This document shows, in pieces, positions 48,100-57,966 of a stretch of 64,000 nucleotides of DNA (positions are counted from its first letter, which is position 1; the number at the start of each line of letters is the position of its first letter). Under the pieces are notes generated by a model, which was not told the origin of the DNA, did not search any database, and worked only from the letters and a program-made list of their open reading frames with translations. Where the stretch lies: the NCBI GenBank assembly GCA_002327765.1, contig DCUH01000133.1, forward strand, positions 58,885-122,884. The letters are read 5' to 3'. Origin of the DNA: a bacterium UBA2219 (GTDB lineage: Bacteria; Desulfobacterota; Deferrimicrobia; Deferrimicrobiales; Deferrimicrobiaceae). Position numbers and translations under genes: made by a program.

Positions 48100-49326
48100 A
48101 TGGAAGCCGGCGCATCCAGATCGTTTTCCTCCCGGATCAGCGTGTTTTCCTGGTTCGTCGCGGTCTACCTGATCATCTACATTTTCCCGTTCGCGGTGCT
48201 GGTTCTCCAGGACGAGATCGACCTCAAAGAGCCCGGCACCCGCACCCATTTCCGGTTCGCGATGCTGTACATACTTTCGTACGTGGCTTCCGGCTTCCTG
48301 CTGTCGGCGATTGCGTCGTACTACAAAAGGGAAACGTCCTATTCGAGCGGCTACGTGGAAGGCCGCGTGCTGGGAAAAAGGGCGATCGCGGACCGGGTCG
48401 CCACGGTCATGGGATACCTGGGGTCGATCTTCATCGTCCTGTATTACGTGAGCGGCGGCTACAAGAAGATCATGATGCTCGGGTCGGAAATCGAGGCCTG
48501 GGAATACCGGATCATCGGGTATGACGATACGAGCCGCGTATTGACCGCGCTTCTCGAGATCTCGAGACGCATATTGATGCCCTATGCTCTGCTGGTGAAA
48601 CTGGCTTTCAAGAAATTCCATGTCGGGAGGAAGGATCACAGCCTCCTTCTGTTCCTGCCGGTGGCGGTCCTTGGGGCGGTCGTCAACCTGGACAGGGGGC
48701 CCGTATTCCTCTACCTGTTCCTCGCGATTTTCTTTATTCTCATCACGTCCCGGTCCGGCTACCTGCTGAAATTTTCCTATCTGCTGGTCTTCATCTTCTG
48801 CGTCGGCGTGATCGGGGGCGTCGTCACCCTGCTGCAGCACAACATCGTCGATTTCGACCTGGTCCGCTTGTCCCAGACGTTCTTTCCGATCGTGTTCGAC
48901 CGGATCGTTCTCGACCCGGTCCGCATGGCGGAGGAGTACGCGTTCAGCGACGTCTCGCTGTACGGGAATCCCCTGTACCTGAAATATTCCCGCCTGGGGG
49001 CGCTGGTCGGCGCGGAATACGTGGGGACGGAGCACCAGTTTTCCTTCTACGTGACGCCCGTCGGCCTGGTGGGGGACATCTGGAGGAATTTCGGCATGCC
49101 GGGCGCCGTGATCGTCGGCATGGTCCACGGGCTCCTGTTCAAGATCCTGTCTTCCCTTTTGAAGAAATGCGATTTCGCGGCGACACTGCCCGTGTATTTC
49201 CTGGTGATAATATTAATATTCTACCTGTTCTACTCCGGCATGTTCTCCCAGGGGCCGTTCGCGCTCCTGTTCATGATATTCATCATGTCGTATTCCAATA
49301 AATTGTTTTCAAGGGAATATGCATAA
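48100..49326 (+). CDS. Putative polysaccharide polymerase (Wzy-like/EpsG-like polytopic membrane protein)
   Basis: 408 aa, about 11 TM helices, rich in aromatic residues. Sits next to the flippase and the acetyltransferase. Confidence 0.55.
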   Translation: MEAGASRSFSSRISVFSWFVAVYLIIYIFPFAVLVLQDEIDLKEPGTRTHFRFAMLYILSYVASGFLLSAIASYYKRETSYSSGYVEGRVLGKRAIADRVATVMGYLGSIFIVLYYVSGGYKKIMMLGSEIEAWEYRIIGYDDTSRVLTALLEISRRILMPYALLVKLAFKKFHVGRKDHSLLLFLPVAVLGAVVNLDRGPVFLYLFLAIFFILITSRSGYLLKFSYLLVFIFCVGVIGGVVTLLQHNIVDFDLVRLSQTFFPIVFDRIVLDPVRMAEEYAFSDVSLYGNPLYLKYSRLGALVGAEYVGTEHQFSFYVTPVGLVGDIWRNFGMPGAVIVGMVHGLLFKILSSLLKKCDFAATLPVYFLVIILIFYLFYSGMFSQGPFALLFMIFIMSYSNKLFSREYA

Positions 49327-49925
49327 TGAAAAGGGACTTCAGCGGCGAAAGCGCCGTCAACACCATCATGCGGGCGATGCGGGCTTTCGGCTGCAGGGCG
49401 AGGGGCCGGTTCTATTCGTACCTGAACGCGTTCGCACCCGGCAGCTCGAAGCGCGTGGCCTTCGGGGCGAACCCGAAATTCATGAACTCGAAGAAGATAC
49501 ACCTCGGGAACAACGTGAGCTTCGGCAACCTTTGCCGCCTGGAATGTTATTCGAGCGGCGCGTACCCTGCGGGCGACCGGCCCAAGATATCGATCGGGGA
49601 AAACTGCAGCTTCGGCGATTTCAACCACATCGGCGCCGTCAACGAGGTGACGATCGGCAGGAATCTTCTGTGCGCGAGCAAGGTCCTGATCATCGATCAC
49701 GATCATGGCCGGTGCGGCAGCGAGCTGAAGAACCACGCCGCCGTCCCCCCGACGCAGAGGGAGCTCGTGAGCAAGGGGCCGATCCGCATCGGCGACAACG
49801 TCTGGATCGCCGAGTCCGTGGTGATCCTTGCGGGGGCCGACATCGGCGACGGCGCGGTGATCGGGGCCAACAGCGTCGTCCGGGGCGTCGTGCCGCCCGG
49901 CACGGTGCACACGTCGAAGTCCTGA
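49326..49925 (+). CDS. Left-handed beta-helix (hexapeptide-repeat) sugar O-acetyltransferase, WcaF/CysE-like
   Basis: Hexapeptide repeats (IGENCSFGDFNHIGAVNEVTIGRNLL...IRIGDNVWIAESVVILAGADIGDGAVIGANSVV). Confidence 0.8.
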   Translation: MKRDFSGESAVNTIMRAMRAFGCRARGRFYSYLNAFAPGSSKRVAFGANPKFMNSKKIHLGNNVSFGNLCRLECYSSGAYPAGDRPKISIGENCSFGDFNHIGAVNEVTIGRNLLCASKVLIIDHDHGRCGSELKNHAAVPPTQRELVSKGPIRIGDNVWIAESVVILAGADIGDGAVIGANSVVRGVVPPGTVHTSKS

Positions 49926-49992
49926 AGGGGGACGCGTCATCCGGATCTACACCTTTTTTCTCCCTCAATTCCACGAATGCCATTACAACAAC

Positions 49993-51126
49993 ATGTGGTG
50001 GGGCAAGGGATTCACGGAATGGGAGATCGTCCGAAACGCGAAGCCGCTGTTCCCGGGGCACCTTCAGCCCAAGGTCCCGGCCGGGGGCTACTTCGATCTG
50101 ACGGAAGAGGGGCAGATCGAGGCGCAGTTCCGCCTGGCGCGGTCCCACGGGATCGACGGTTTCGTCTTCTACCATTACTGGTACGAGAAGAAGCGTCCCC
50201 TCGGGAAACCGCTGGACCTCGTGCTCGGGAACCGGGGCCTGGACGTAAAATTCAGCCTTTGCTGGGCGAACCATTCGTGGACGAGGTCGTGGAGGAACCG
50301 GGCCGGTTCCCTGGACGTGCTGATCGAGCAGACCTACGAAAAGGATTGCGGGAGCCGCCGCGCGCATTACGAATTCCTTCACCGCGCCTTCGTCGACGCC
50401 CGGTATATCCGCGTCGACGGGAAGCCGCTTTTCCAGATCTACGTCCCGGAGGAGATTCCCGACCTGGCCGGATACCTGGACGGTCTGCGGGAGCATTGCC
50501 TGAAGGCCAGCGGGACCGGGCTCCACGTCTCGGCCCTGGTGACGGGATGGAGGCCCGGGTGGGGCCATGCGAGGCATTTCGATTCCCTCACCCTGCTCCA
50601 GCCGGCGCTGGCGCTGTTCTCCCCGGCGGATATCTTTTCCGGAAACCGCGCCGGGAAAATGGATGCGAGCTACTGGTCCGCCCGGGTCAGGGCGCTGCCG
50701 TTGCCCGTGAAGAAGATCCTTTATCGGGTCCAGGACCGGTTTTTCAACAGGGTGTCCATGTTCGATTACGGGGACGTGTGGGACAAATTGCTGGTGCAGA
50801 CGGAAAATTCACATAAGCAGGGAATGCCGGTGTTCCCGTGCGCGTTCGTCGATTTCGACAACACGCCGAGGTACGGGGGGCGCGCCAGGATCATCAAAGG
50901 GTTTTCCCCGGAATCGTTCGGCGGATACCTGAAGAAGCTGCTTTCGCTGTCCGTTCGTTCGTCCCGGGAAGGGATCGTTTTCATCAACGCGTGGAACGAA
51001 TGGGGCGAGGGGATGTATCTCCAGCCCGACGAGGACTTCGGGAACGCCCGGTTGACGGAAGTTCTCGAAGCGAAAAAGGGAGCGCTCGCTTCGGGAGGGC
51101 ACGGAACCGGCGGGGGGACGGAGTGA
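49993..51126 (+). CDS. WbsX-family glycosyltransferase (Glyco_tran_WbsX)
   Basis: WWGKGFTEWEIVRNAKPLFPGHLQPKVP..., characteristic of the WbsX family. The conserved family N-terminus (RIYTFFLPQFHE) is encoded in-frame upstream of the first ATG with no canonical start; a possible ATC start at 49939 lies 6 nt after a GAAGGGGGA RBS. Confidence 0.75.
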   Translation: MWWGKGFTEWEIVRNAKPLFPGHLQPKVPAGGYFDLTEEGQIEAQFRLARSHGIDGFVFYHYWYEKKRPLGKPLDLVLGNRGLDVKFSLCWANHSWTRSWRNRAGSLDVLIEQTYEKDCGSRRAHYEFLHRAFVDARYIRVDGKPLFQIYVPEEIPDLAGYLDGLREHCLKASGTGLHVSALVTGWRPGWGHARHFDSLTLLQPALALFSPADIFSGNRAGKMDASYWSARVRALPLPVKKILYRVQDRFFNRVSMFDYGDVWDKLLVQTENSHKQGMPVFPCAFVDFDNTPRYGGRARIIKGFSPESFGGYLKKLLSLSVRSSREGIVFINAWNEWGEGMYLQPDEDFGNARLTEVLEAKKGALASGGHGTGGGTE

Positions 51127-52379
51127 GGGTCTGGCTGATCACGGTGGGGGAGCCGCTGCCCATCGACGACGACAACCCCCGCCTGTTGCGGACCGGCATC
51201 CTTTCCGACGTCCTGGCCCGGCGGGGGGACGAGGTCCTCTGGTGGACCTCCGCCTTCGACCACGTGCGGAAACGGCATCGTTGCCCGACGGATGCGGAAA
51301 GGGAGGCCGGCGCCCGGTGCCGCATCCGGTTGCTCCACGGGAGAGGCTACGACAGGAACGTTTCCGTCGCGCGCTACCTGGACCACCGGGAGGTGGCGCG
51401 GAAATTCCGGGAGCGGCAGGGGAGCGAACCGCGGCCGGACGTGATCGTGTGCTCCCTTCCCACCGTGGAGCTTTGCGTCGAGGCGGTCCGGTACGGAGAG
51501 AGGAACCGCGTTCCCGTGGCCGTCGACATCCGGGACCTGTGGCCGGACCTGATCGCGGAAATCGTCCCCCCGTGGGGCCGGTCCACGATGAAGCTGCTGC
51601 TTTCGCCGCTGTTCCGGGACGTCCGGGAGGTTTGCTCGAAAGCGACGGCGCTGTTCGGCCTGACCCCGGAGTTCCTGGACTGGGGGCTGGGCTACGCCGG
51701 CCGGGAAAAGAGCGGCCTGGACAGGGTGTTCCCGATGGGCTACGTTGCCCACGCCCCGCCGCGGGAAGAGGTGGAGGAGGCGTCGAAGCGGTGGGAGGCC
51801 GCCGGCGTCTCCGCGGAAGACTTCAACCTCTGCTACTTCGGGGCGATCGGCCGCCAGTCGGATTTCGGTACGGTCATCGACGCCGCGAGGATCCTGTCGC
51901 GCGGCCCGCGCCGGTTCCGGTTCGTCCTCTGCGGGAACGGGGAGAAGCTCGATCATTACAGGAAATACGCCGCCGGCTGTCCCGGGATCCTTTTCCCGGG
52001 GTGGGTGAACCGTGCGGAGATCTACTCCCTGATGAGGATCTCCTCGGCGGGCCTCGTTGCGTTCCTGAACAAGAAGAACTACACCTGGAACCTCCCGAAC
52101 AAGCCGATCGAGTACCTGTCCGCGGGGCTGCCCGTCGTCTCGAGCCTTACCGGGGTCCTCCAGAGGCTGCTATCCGGGAACCGGTGCGGCGTGACGTACG
52201 AGGAGGGGAATCCGGAATCGCTGGCCGAAGCCCTCGTCCGCCTGTACGATGACAGGAATGAGCTGCGCCGGATGGCGGGCAATGCGAAGGATCTGTACGA
52301 CAGGTCGTTCCAGGCGGAGCGGGTCTACGGCGAAATGGCCGGGCACCTGCAGCGCATGACGGAGGAGTGGAGGCGATGA
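51123..52379 (+). CDS. Glycosyltransferase family 4
   Basis: GTG start overlapping the upstream stop. GT-B fold with a C-terminal nucleotide-binding region. 418 aa. Confidence 0.8.
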   Translation: MRVWLITVGEPLPIDDDNPRLLRTGILSDVLARRGDEVLWWTSAFDHVRKRHRCPTDAEREAGARCRIRLLHGRGYDRNVSVARYLDHREVARKFRERQGSEPRPDVIVCSLPTVELCVEAVRYGERNRVPVAVDIRDLWPDLIAEIVPPWGRSTMKLLLSPLFRDVREVCSKATALFGLTPEFLDWGLGYAGREKSGLDRVFPMGYVAHAPPREEVEEASKRWEAAGVSAEDFNLCYFGAIGRQSDFGTVIDAARILSRGPRRFRFVLCGNGEKLDHYRKYAAGCPGILFPGWVNRAEIYSLMRISSAGLVAFLNKKNYTWNLPNKPIEYLSAGLPVVSSLTGVLQRLLSGNRCGVTYEEGNPESLAEALVRLYDDRNELRRMAGNAKDLYDRSFQAERVYGEMAGHLQRMTEEWRR

Positions 52380-53266
52380 GCGGGGCGAGGGAGGGCGCGG
52401 CGGGCGCGCACCGTTCCGGGGAGGATGTCCAGGTCTTCCTCGAGGCGCTGCGGGCCGTGGAGGCCGTGCGCGACGAGGAGTGGATGGCGGGGCTCGACGA
52501 GAGGAAACGGATCGAGCTCGTATTCCACGACAAGCACAGGGACCGGCAGAAGGAGCAGGCGCTCGACAAGGACACGTTCGACAAGCTCTACGGGAACAAG
52601 AAGTATTACTCGACCACGGAGCTTTCCAAGGAGTACCTGGACGGGTGGATCGCCCGGGAGGCGCGAGGGGGGATCTTCCTCGATTACGCCTGCGGCAACG
52701 GGGCGTACGCGATCAAGGCCGCCAAGGCCGGGGCGGCCCTCTCCGTGGGGATAGACATCAGCCCGGTTTCCGTGTCGAACGCCCGGCAGGACGCCGAACG
52801 GGAGGGGGTTGCCGGGAACACGAGGTTCCTTCAGGCGGACGCCGAGGACACGCGGCTTCCGGCGGGCTCTGTCGACCGCGTCCTCTGCAACGGGATGCTC
52901 CACCACCTCGATCTCTCCCGCGCCTTCCCGGAGCTCGAAAGGATCCTGGCGCCGGGCGGCCGCATCCTCGCCGTCGAGGCGCTCGATTACAACCCCGCGA
53001 TCAGGCTGTATCGGCGCCTGACGCCGGACATGCGGACCGAATGGGAGAAGAACCACATCCTCGACCTCGGGGACCTCGAATACGCCCGCCGCTTCTTCAC
53101 GCTGGGGGAGGTCCGCTACTGGCACATCACGAGCATCCTGGCGCCCCACGCGAGGGCGCTGCTGCCCGTGCTGAACCGGATCGACCGCGTTCTCACGAGG
53201 ATCCCGCTGGTCCGGCTCATGGCGTGGATCTTCACGTTCGAGCTCGTCAAGGCGGAGCGCCTCTGA
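52376..53266 (+). CDS. Class I SAM-dependent methyltransferase
   Basis: Motif I FLDYACGNGAYAI, and Methyltransf_11-type LAPGGRILAVE. ATG overlaps the upstream stop. Confidence 0.75.
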   Translation: MSGAREGAAGAHRSGEDVQVFLEALRAVEAVRDEEWMAGLDERKRIELVFHDKHRDRQKEQALDKDTFDKLYGNKKYYSTTELSKEYLDGWIAREARGGIFLDYACGNGAYAIKAAKAGAALSVGIDISPVSVSNARQDAEREGVAGNTRFLQADAEDTRLPAGSVDRVLCNGMLHHLDLSRAFPELERILAPGGRILAVEALDYNPAIRLYRRLTPDMRTEWEKNHILDLGDLEYARRFFTLGEVRYWHITSILAPHARALLPVLNRIDRVLTRIPLVRLMAWIFTFELVKAERL

Positions 53267-54042
53267 TGGAGGTCGATTTCCTGTCCGTGACGGAGTTGAC
53301 GGGGGACGACGTAACCGCCGAACAGGTCGACCGGATCTGCCAGCGCTATTACTGGGCCGGGGAGCATTGCCGGGGGAAGGACGTCCTCGAGGCGGCCTGC
53401 GGGACCGGGCAGGGCGCGGGGTACCTGGCCGGGCTGGCGAAAAGCTACTGCGCCGGCGATTATTCGGAAAGGATCCTGGAGATCGCCCGCGCCCATTACG
53501 GCGGGCGGGTCGCGTTCCGGCGGTTCGACGCCCAGGAGATGCCGTTTGGCGACGGTTCGTTCGACGTCGTGGTCCTGTTCGAGGCGATCTATTACATTCC
53601 TTCCGCCGAGCGGTTCGTCTCGGAATGCCGCCGCGTGCTGCATCCCGGCGGGAAGGTGCTGATCGCCACGGCGAACAAGGACCTGTACGACTTCAACCCC
53701 AGCCCGCACAGCGTCGCCTATTACGGCGTCCCCGAGCTGAGGGACGTTTTCGCCCGGCACGGCTTCGCGACAGCGTTCTTCGGCAACACGCCCGTGGACG
53801 GTCTCTCGCTTCGCCAGAGGATGCTCCGGCCGGTGAAAAAATTCATCGTGGACCGGGGGCTCATGCCGAAGACCATGGCGGGAAAGAAGTTCTTCAAAAA
53901 GCTCGTTTTCGGGTCCCTCGTTCCCATGCCGCCGGAAGTCCTTCCCGGCATGGTCCCTCGACAGGAGCCGGTCCCCCTTTCCGGCGACCGTCCCGATACG
54001 AGGCACAAGGTCCTCTACTGCCTGGCGACGGCCCCGGGGTGA
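53266..54042 (+). CDS. Class I SAM-dependent methyltransferase
   Basis: Motif I VLEAACGTGQGAGYL, and VLHPGGKVLIAT. ATG overlaps the upstream stop (ctgATGg). Confidence 0.75.
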   Translation: MEVDFLSVTELTGDDVTAEQVDRICQRYYWAGEHCRGKDVLEAACGTGQGAGYLAGLAKSYCAGDYSERILEIARAHYGGRVAFRRFDAQEMPFGDGSFDVVVLFEAIYYIPSAERFVSECRRVLHPGGKVLIATANKDLYDFNPSPHSVAYYGVPELRDVFARHGFATAFFGNTPVDGLSLRQRMLRPVKKFIVDRGLMPKTMAGKKFFKKLVFGSLVPMPPEVLPGMVPRQEPVPLSGDRPDTRHKVLYCLATAPG

Positions 54043-54046
54043 CGGC

Positions 54047-54682
54047 GTGGGCAAACGGCTGTTCGACGTCGTTTTTTCCGCGATGGGCCTGTCGATCCTG
54101 GCCCCTTTCCTGCTCCTCCTCGCCGCGGCGATCAAGCTCGATTCTCCCGGGCCGGTCTTCTATCGCGGGGTCCGGGTGGGGCTGGGCGGCCGCCCCTTCC
54201 GAATCTACAAGTTCCGAAGCATGGTGGCCGACGCCGAGTCGAAGGGCGCCTCGTCGACCAGCGGGGCCGACCCGCGGGTCACCCGCACCGGGCGGTTCAT
54301 CCGGCGGTGCAAGCTGGACGAGTTCTCCCAGTTGATCAACGTGCTTTTGGGGGACATGAGCCTGGTCGGCCCCCGCCCGGAGGTGCAGAAGTACGTCGAC
54401 CGGTACACCGACGAGGAAAAGGTTATACTGACGGTCCGTCCCGGAATCACCGACTGGGCCTCCATCAAGTACCACAACGAGGGGGAGATCATCGAGTCTT
54501 CCGGGATCGCCGACGCGGACGAGGCGTACGAGCGGCTCATCCGGCCCGGGAAGCTCCGGCTGCAGATGAAATACGTCCGGGAGCGCAACATGTGGATCGA
54601 CATCCAGATCATTTTCCGCACGATCCTGACGATTGTTTCCGGCCGCGCGGGGGGCGGCCCGGTCGGGATCCCGGAGGATTGA
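54047..54682 (+). CDS. Small monotopic polyprenyl-phosphate sugar phosphotransferase (PglC/WcaJ-C-domain type; second priming enzyme)
   Basis: MGKRLFDVVFSAMGLSILAPFLLLLAAAIKLDSPGPVFYRGVRVG...YKFRSM...LINVLLGDMSLVGPRP. 211 aa with a single N-terminal re-entrant helix. Confidence 0.85.
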   Translation: MGKRLFDVVFSAMGLSILAPFLLLLAAAIKLDSPGPVFYRGVRVGLGGRPFRIYKFRSMVADAESKGASSTSGADPRVTRTGRFIRRCKLDEFSQLINVLLGDMSLVGPRPEVQKYVDRYTDEEKVILTVRPGITDWASIKYHNEGEIIESSGIADADEAYERLIRPGKLRLQMKYVRERNMWIDIQIIFRTILTIVSGRAGGGPVGIPED

Positions 54683-54695
54683 AGGGCGGAAGCGG

Positions 54696-55883
54696 ATGCG
54701 TTTCTCCATCAATCCCCACATCGAGAAGGTCATCTTCCCGCCGATCGTGGAGATCAAGCGCTCGGTCGTCGGGGACGCGGCGCCCTGCGGGAAGCCGTAC
54801 ATCGACCTCTGCCAGGCGGTGCCCGATTACCCGCCGGCCCGGGAGATGGTCGAGGCGCTGACGGCGCGGCTGCACGAACCGGAAACCGCCCTGTATACCT
54901 CCGACGAGGGGCTCCCCGAGGTCCGGGAGGCGGTCTGCCGGCGGTACCGGCGGATGTACGGCGCGTCCCTTTCGGCGGACAGCGTCTGCCTGACCGTCGG
55001 CGCCAGCCAGGCGTTCTGGCTGGCCATGGTCGCTCTGTGCGCCGCGGGGGACGAGGTCATCCTGCAGGTCCCGTTCTACTTCGACTACGACATGGCGCTC
55101 GGGATGATGGGGATCCGCCGCGTCTACGCGCCGTTCCGGGAGGAGTCCGGCGGCCTGCCCGACGCGGAGGCGATCGAGGCGCTGATCACTCCCCGCACCC
55201 GGGCGATCCTCCTCGTGACGCCCAGCAACCCGACGGGTGTCGTGATTCCTCCGGAGCTCCTCGACCGGCTTTTCGAAACGGCGAAACGGGCCGGGGTCGC
55301 GCTGGTGGTCGACGAGACCTACGCCGACTTCATCGCCGGCGGCGCACGTCCCCACGGGCTGTTCGGGCGCCCCGACTGGCGGGACCACTTCGTCCACATC
55401 ATGTCGTTCGGCAAGACGTACGCGATGACCGGCTACCGGGCCGGCCTGCTGATCGGGTCGGAGCGGTTCCTCCACCAGGCGATGAAGGCCCACGACACCA
55501 TGGCGATCTGCCAGCCGACGCCGACCCAGATCGCGCTGGGGTACGGCCTCGACCGCCTCGACGAATGGGTCGCGTCCAACCGCCGGATGATGGAGCGGCG
55601 GCACGACCGCTTCCGGGAGGAGTTCACGGCGCCGGGGAACCCCTTCGCGCTGGTCGCCAGCGGCGCTTTCTTCGCGTGGATCCGGCACCCCTACCGGGGC
55701 GCGTCGGGATGGTCCGTCGCGCGGAGCCTCATAGAGAAAGCGGGGCTGGTCACGCTGCCGGGGGAGATCTTCGGGCCGGAAATGTCGCGCTACCTCCGCG
55801 TGGCATTCGGTAATATCGTGGAGGAGCGGATCCCGGAGGCGGTTTCCCGATTCCGGGAGCTCAAGGGAGAGGAAGCGGGATGA
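54696..55883 (+). CDS. PLP-dependent aminotransferase, class I/II fold
   Basis: SFGKTYAMTGYRAGLL (Schiff-base lysine context). 395 aa. Confidence 0.8.
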   Translation: MRFSINPHIEKVIFPPIVEIKRSVVGDAAPCGKPYIDLCQAVPDYPPAREMVEALTARLHEPETALYTSDEGLPEVREAVCRRYRRMYGASLSADSVCLTVGASQAFWLAMVALCAAGDEVILQVPFYFDYDMALGMMGIRRVYAPFREESGGLPDAEAIEALITPRTRAILLVTPSNPTGVVIPPELLDRLFETAKRAGVALVVDETYADFIAGGARPHGLFGRPDWRDHFVHIMSFGKTYAMTGYRAGLLIGSERFLHQAMKAHDTMAICQPTPTQIALGYGLDRLDEWVASNRRMMERRHDRFREEFTAPGNPFALVASGAFFAWIRHPYRGASGWSVARSLIEKAGLVTLPGEIFGPEMSRYLRVAFGNIVEERIPEAVSRFRELKGEEAG

Positions 55884-56986
55884 GAAAAGTGCGGTTCGTG
55901 GAACCGGCGAAAGTCTACCGGATGATCAAGGACGAGCTCGACGCCGCCTATTTCGACTGCATGGCGAGGGGGGAGCTGATCGACCGCGGGCACCTTCGGA
56001 GCTTCGAGGAGAACCTGGCGCGGTTCGTGGGGACGAAATACGCCGTGGGGCTGAACAGCGGCTACGACGCGCTTCACATGTCGCTGCGGGCGGCGGGGAT
56101 CGGTCCCGGGGACGAGGTCGTCGTCCCGGCGCACACGTTCGTGGCGACCTGCTCCGCGGTGGTGAACGTGGGCGCGACGCCCGTGCTGGTCGATGTGGGG
56201 AAGGATTTCAACATCGACGTCGACCGGGTCGAGGAGTCCCTGACCCCGAGGACCCGGGCGATCATCGCCGTCCATCTGAGCGGGTACATGGCCGACATGC
56301 CCCGCATCCTGCGGATCGCGGAGAAGCACGGGCTGAAGGTCGTGGAAGACGCGTGCCAGAGCCTGGGCAGCAGCATTGACGGGAAGATGGCGGGCTCCTT
56401 CGGCCTCACTGGCTGCTGGAGCTTCTACCCGTTCAAGATCCTGGGCGGGTACGGGGACGGCGGGGCGGTCACGACGGACGACCCCGAAGTTGCGCTGTTC
56501 GCCCGGCGGATGCGGTACAACGGGGAGGACCGGGACACGGGGGAATACCACGGCCACGGCTTCACCTGCCTCCTGGACAACCTCCAGGCGGCGTTCCTTG
56601 ACGTGAAACTGCGGCATCTGCCGGCCTGGATCGTCCGGCGGAAGGCCGTCGCGGAGATGTACCGGCGCGGCTTGAGCGGCATCCCGGGCCTGATGCTGCC
56701 GCATTACGACCGCCCCGGATTCGATCATGTCTACCAGAACTACACGGTCCGCTCGACGCGTGGGAACGAGTTCTCTGAATACCTGAAGGCCAACGGCATC
56801 GAGGTGCTCACGCAGTTCCGGAAGCCGTACTACCGGCACGAGGCGCTGGGCCTTCCGGACCGCGGCTTCCCGGAAACGGAGGCCCTGAGCCGCGAGGTAT
56901 GCTCCCTTCCGATGAACGTGGAGCTCGACGACGAAGAGATCGAATACGTCATCCGCATGGTGCGTTCCTTTTACGGGCTCGCATGA
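55880..56986 (+). CDS. DegT/DnrJ/EryC1/StrS-family sugar aminotransferase
   Basis: Typical DegT motifs (GDEVVVPAHTFVAT, FYPFKILGGYGDGGAV, CSLPMN). Confidence 0.9.
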   Translation: MRKVRFVEPAKVYRMIKDELDAAYFDCMARGELIDRGHLRSFEENLARFVGTKYAVGLNSGYDALHMSLRAAGIGPGDEVVVPAHTFVATCSAVVNVGATPVLVDVGKDFNIDVDRVEESLTPRTRAIIAVHLSGYMADMPRILRIAEKHGLKVVEDACQSLGSSIDGKMAGSFGLTGCWSFYPFKILGGYGDGGAVTTDDPEVALFARRMRYNGEDRDTGEYHGHGFTCLLDNLQAAFLDVKLRHLPAWIVRRKAVAEMYRRGLSGIPGLMLPHYDRPGFDHVYQNYTVRSTRGNEFSEYLKANGIEVLTQFRKPYYRHEALGLPDRGFPETEALSREVCSLPMNVELDDEEIEYVIRMVRSFYGLA

Positions 56987-57966
56987 AGGACGGAGGTGAC
57001 CGCGGATTGAGGGTGTCCCCGAAAGACCTCTACCGCGCGATGGTCCGCATCCGCGTCTGCGAGGAGAGCTTCGTCGAGCCGATCCTCGCCCGGGAGATCC
57101 TGTGCCCGGTCCACCTTTACACCGGTCAGGAGGCGGTGGCCGCCGGGGTCTGCGCGGCCCTGTCGAAGGAGGATTACATCTTCGGCAACCACCGTTCCCA
57201 CGGGCATTATCTCGCGAAGGGCGGCGGCATGAGGGAGCTGGTGGCCGAGGTGTATTGCAGGGAAACGGGCTGCTCCCGGGGGTGGGGCGGCTCCATGCAC
57301 CTCGTGGACCCCTCCGTCGGCATGATGGGTTCCGCGCCCATCGTGGCGGGGACGGTCTCCCTGGCGCTGGGGGCCGCGCTCGCCTCGAAGATCCGCGGCG
57401 ACGGCCGGGTCGCCGTCAGCTTCTTCGGTGACGGCGCCAGCGGCGAGGGGGTCCTGTGCGAGTCGCTGAACTTCGCCGCGCTGGAGAGGCTGCCGCTCCT
57501 GTTCGTCTGCGAGAACAACCTCTATTCCACGCACCTGCCCATCGACGAGATCCGCGTCAGCCGGAAGATCTTCGAGCTGGGAATCCCGTTCGGCGTGACG
57601 AGCCGCCGCGTCGACGGGAACGACGCCCTCGCGGTCCACGAGGCCGCGCGGAAAGCGGTGTCCATGTGCCGGAAGGGAAAGGGGCCGGTCTTCCTGGAGT
57701 GCCTGACGTACCGCATGCGGGGCCACGTCGGACCGGACGACAACATCCAGGGGACGCACACCGACATCCGCCCGCCGGCCGAGGTGGAGAAGTGGCGGCG
57801 GAAGGATCCTATCCGGAGGATAGAGCGTCACATCCTGAGGAACCGGGTCGCATCGCGGGAGGAGCTGGCGGAGATCCGCGCCGAGGCGGAAGCGGAAGTC
57901 CGCGAGGCGCACGATTTCGCCCGGCGCAGCCCGTTTCCGGGAGAGGGGATTACTGAGCCGACATGA
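56983..57966 (+). CDS. TPP-dependent dehydrogenase E1 component alpha subunit (PdhA/AcoA-like)
   Basis: TPP-binding motif (GDGASGEGVLCESLNFAALERLPLLFVCENNLY) and phospho-loop region (YRMRGHVGPDD). Confidence 0.85.
   Translation: MKDGGDRGLRVSPKDLYRAMVRIRVCEESFVEPILAREILCPVHLYTGQEAVAAGVCAALSKEDYIFGNHRSHGHYLAKGGGMRELVAEVYCRETGCSRGWGGSMHLVDPSVGMMGSAPIVAGTVSLALGAALASKIRGDGRVAVSFFGDGASGEGVLCESLNFAALERLPLLFVCENNLYSTHLPIDEIRVSRKIFELGIPFGVTSRRVDGNDALAVHEAARKAVSMCRKGKGPVFLECLTYRMRGHVGPDDNIQGTHTDIRPPAEVEKWRRKDPIRRIERHILRNRVASREELAEIRAEAEAEVREAHDFARRSPFPGEGITEPT

Noticed and set aside
25879-49326. PEP-CTERM/exosortase system (the Wzy-like membrane proteins as exosortases)
   Set aside because: No protein in the window ends in a PEP-TM-Arg-cluster sorting signal, and no EpsH/XrtA motifs were recognised. 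The membrane proteins fit the O-antigen ligase/Wzy topology better.
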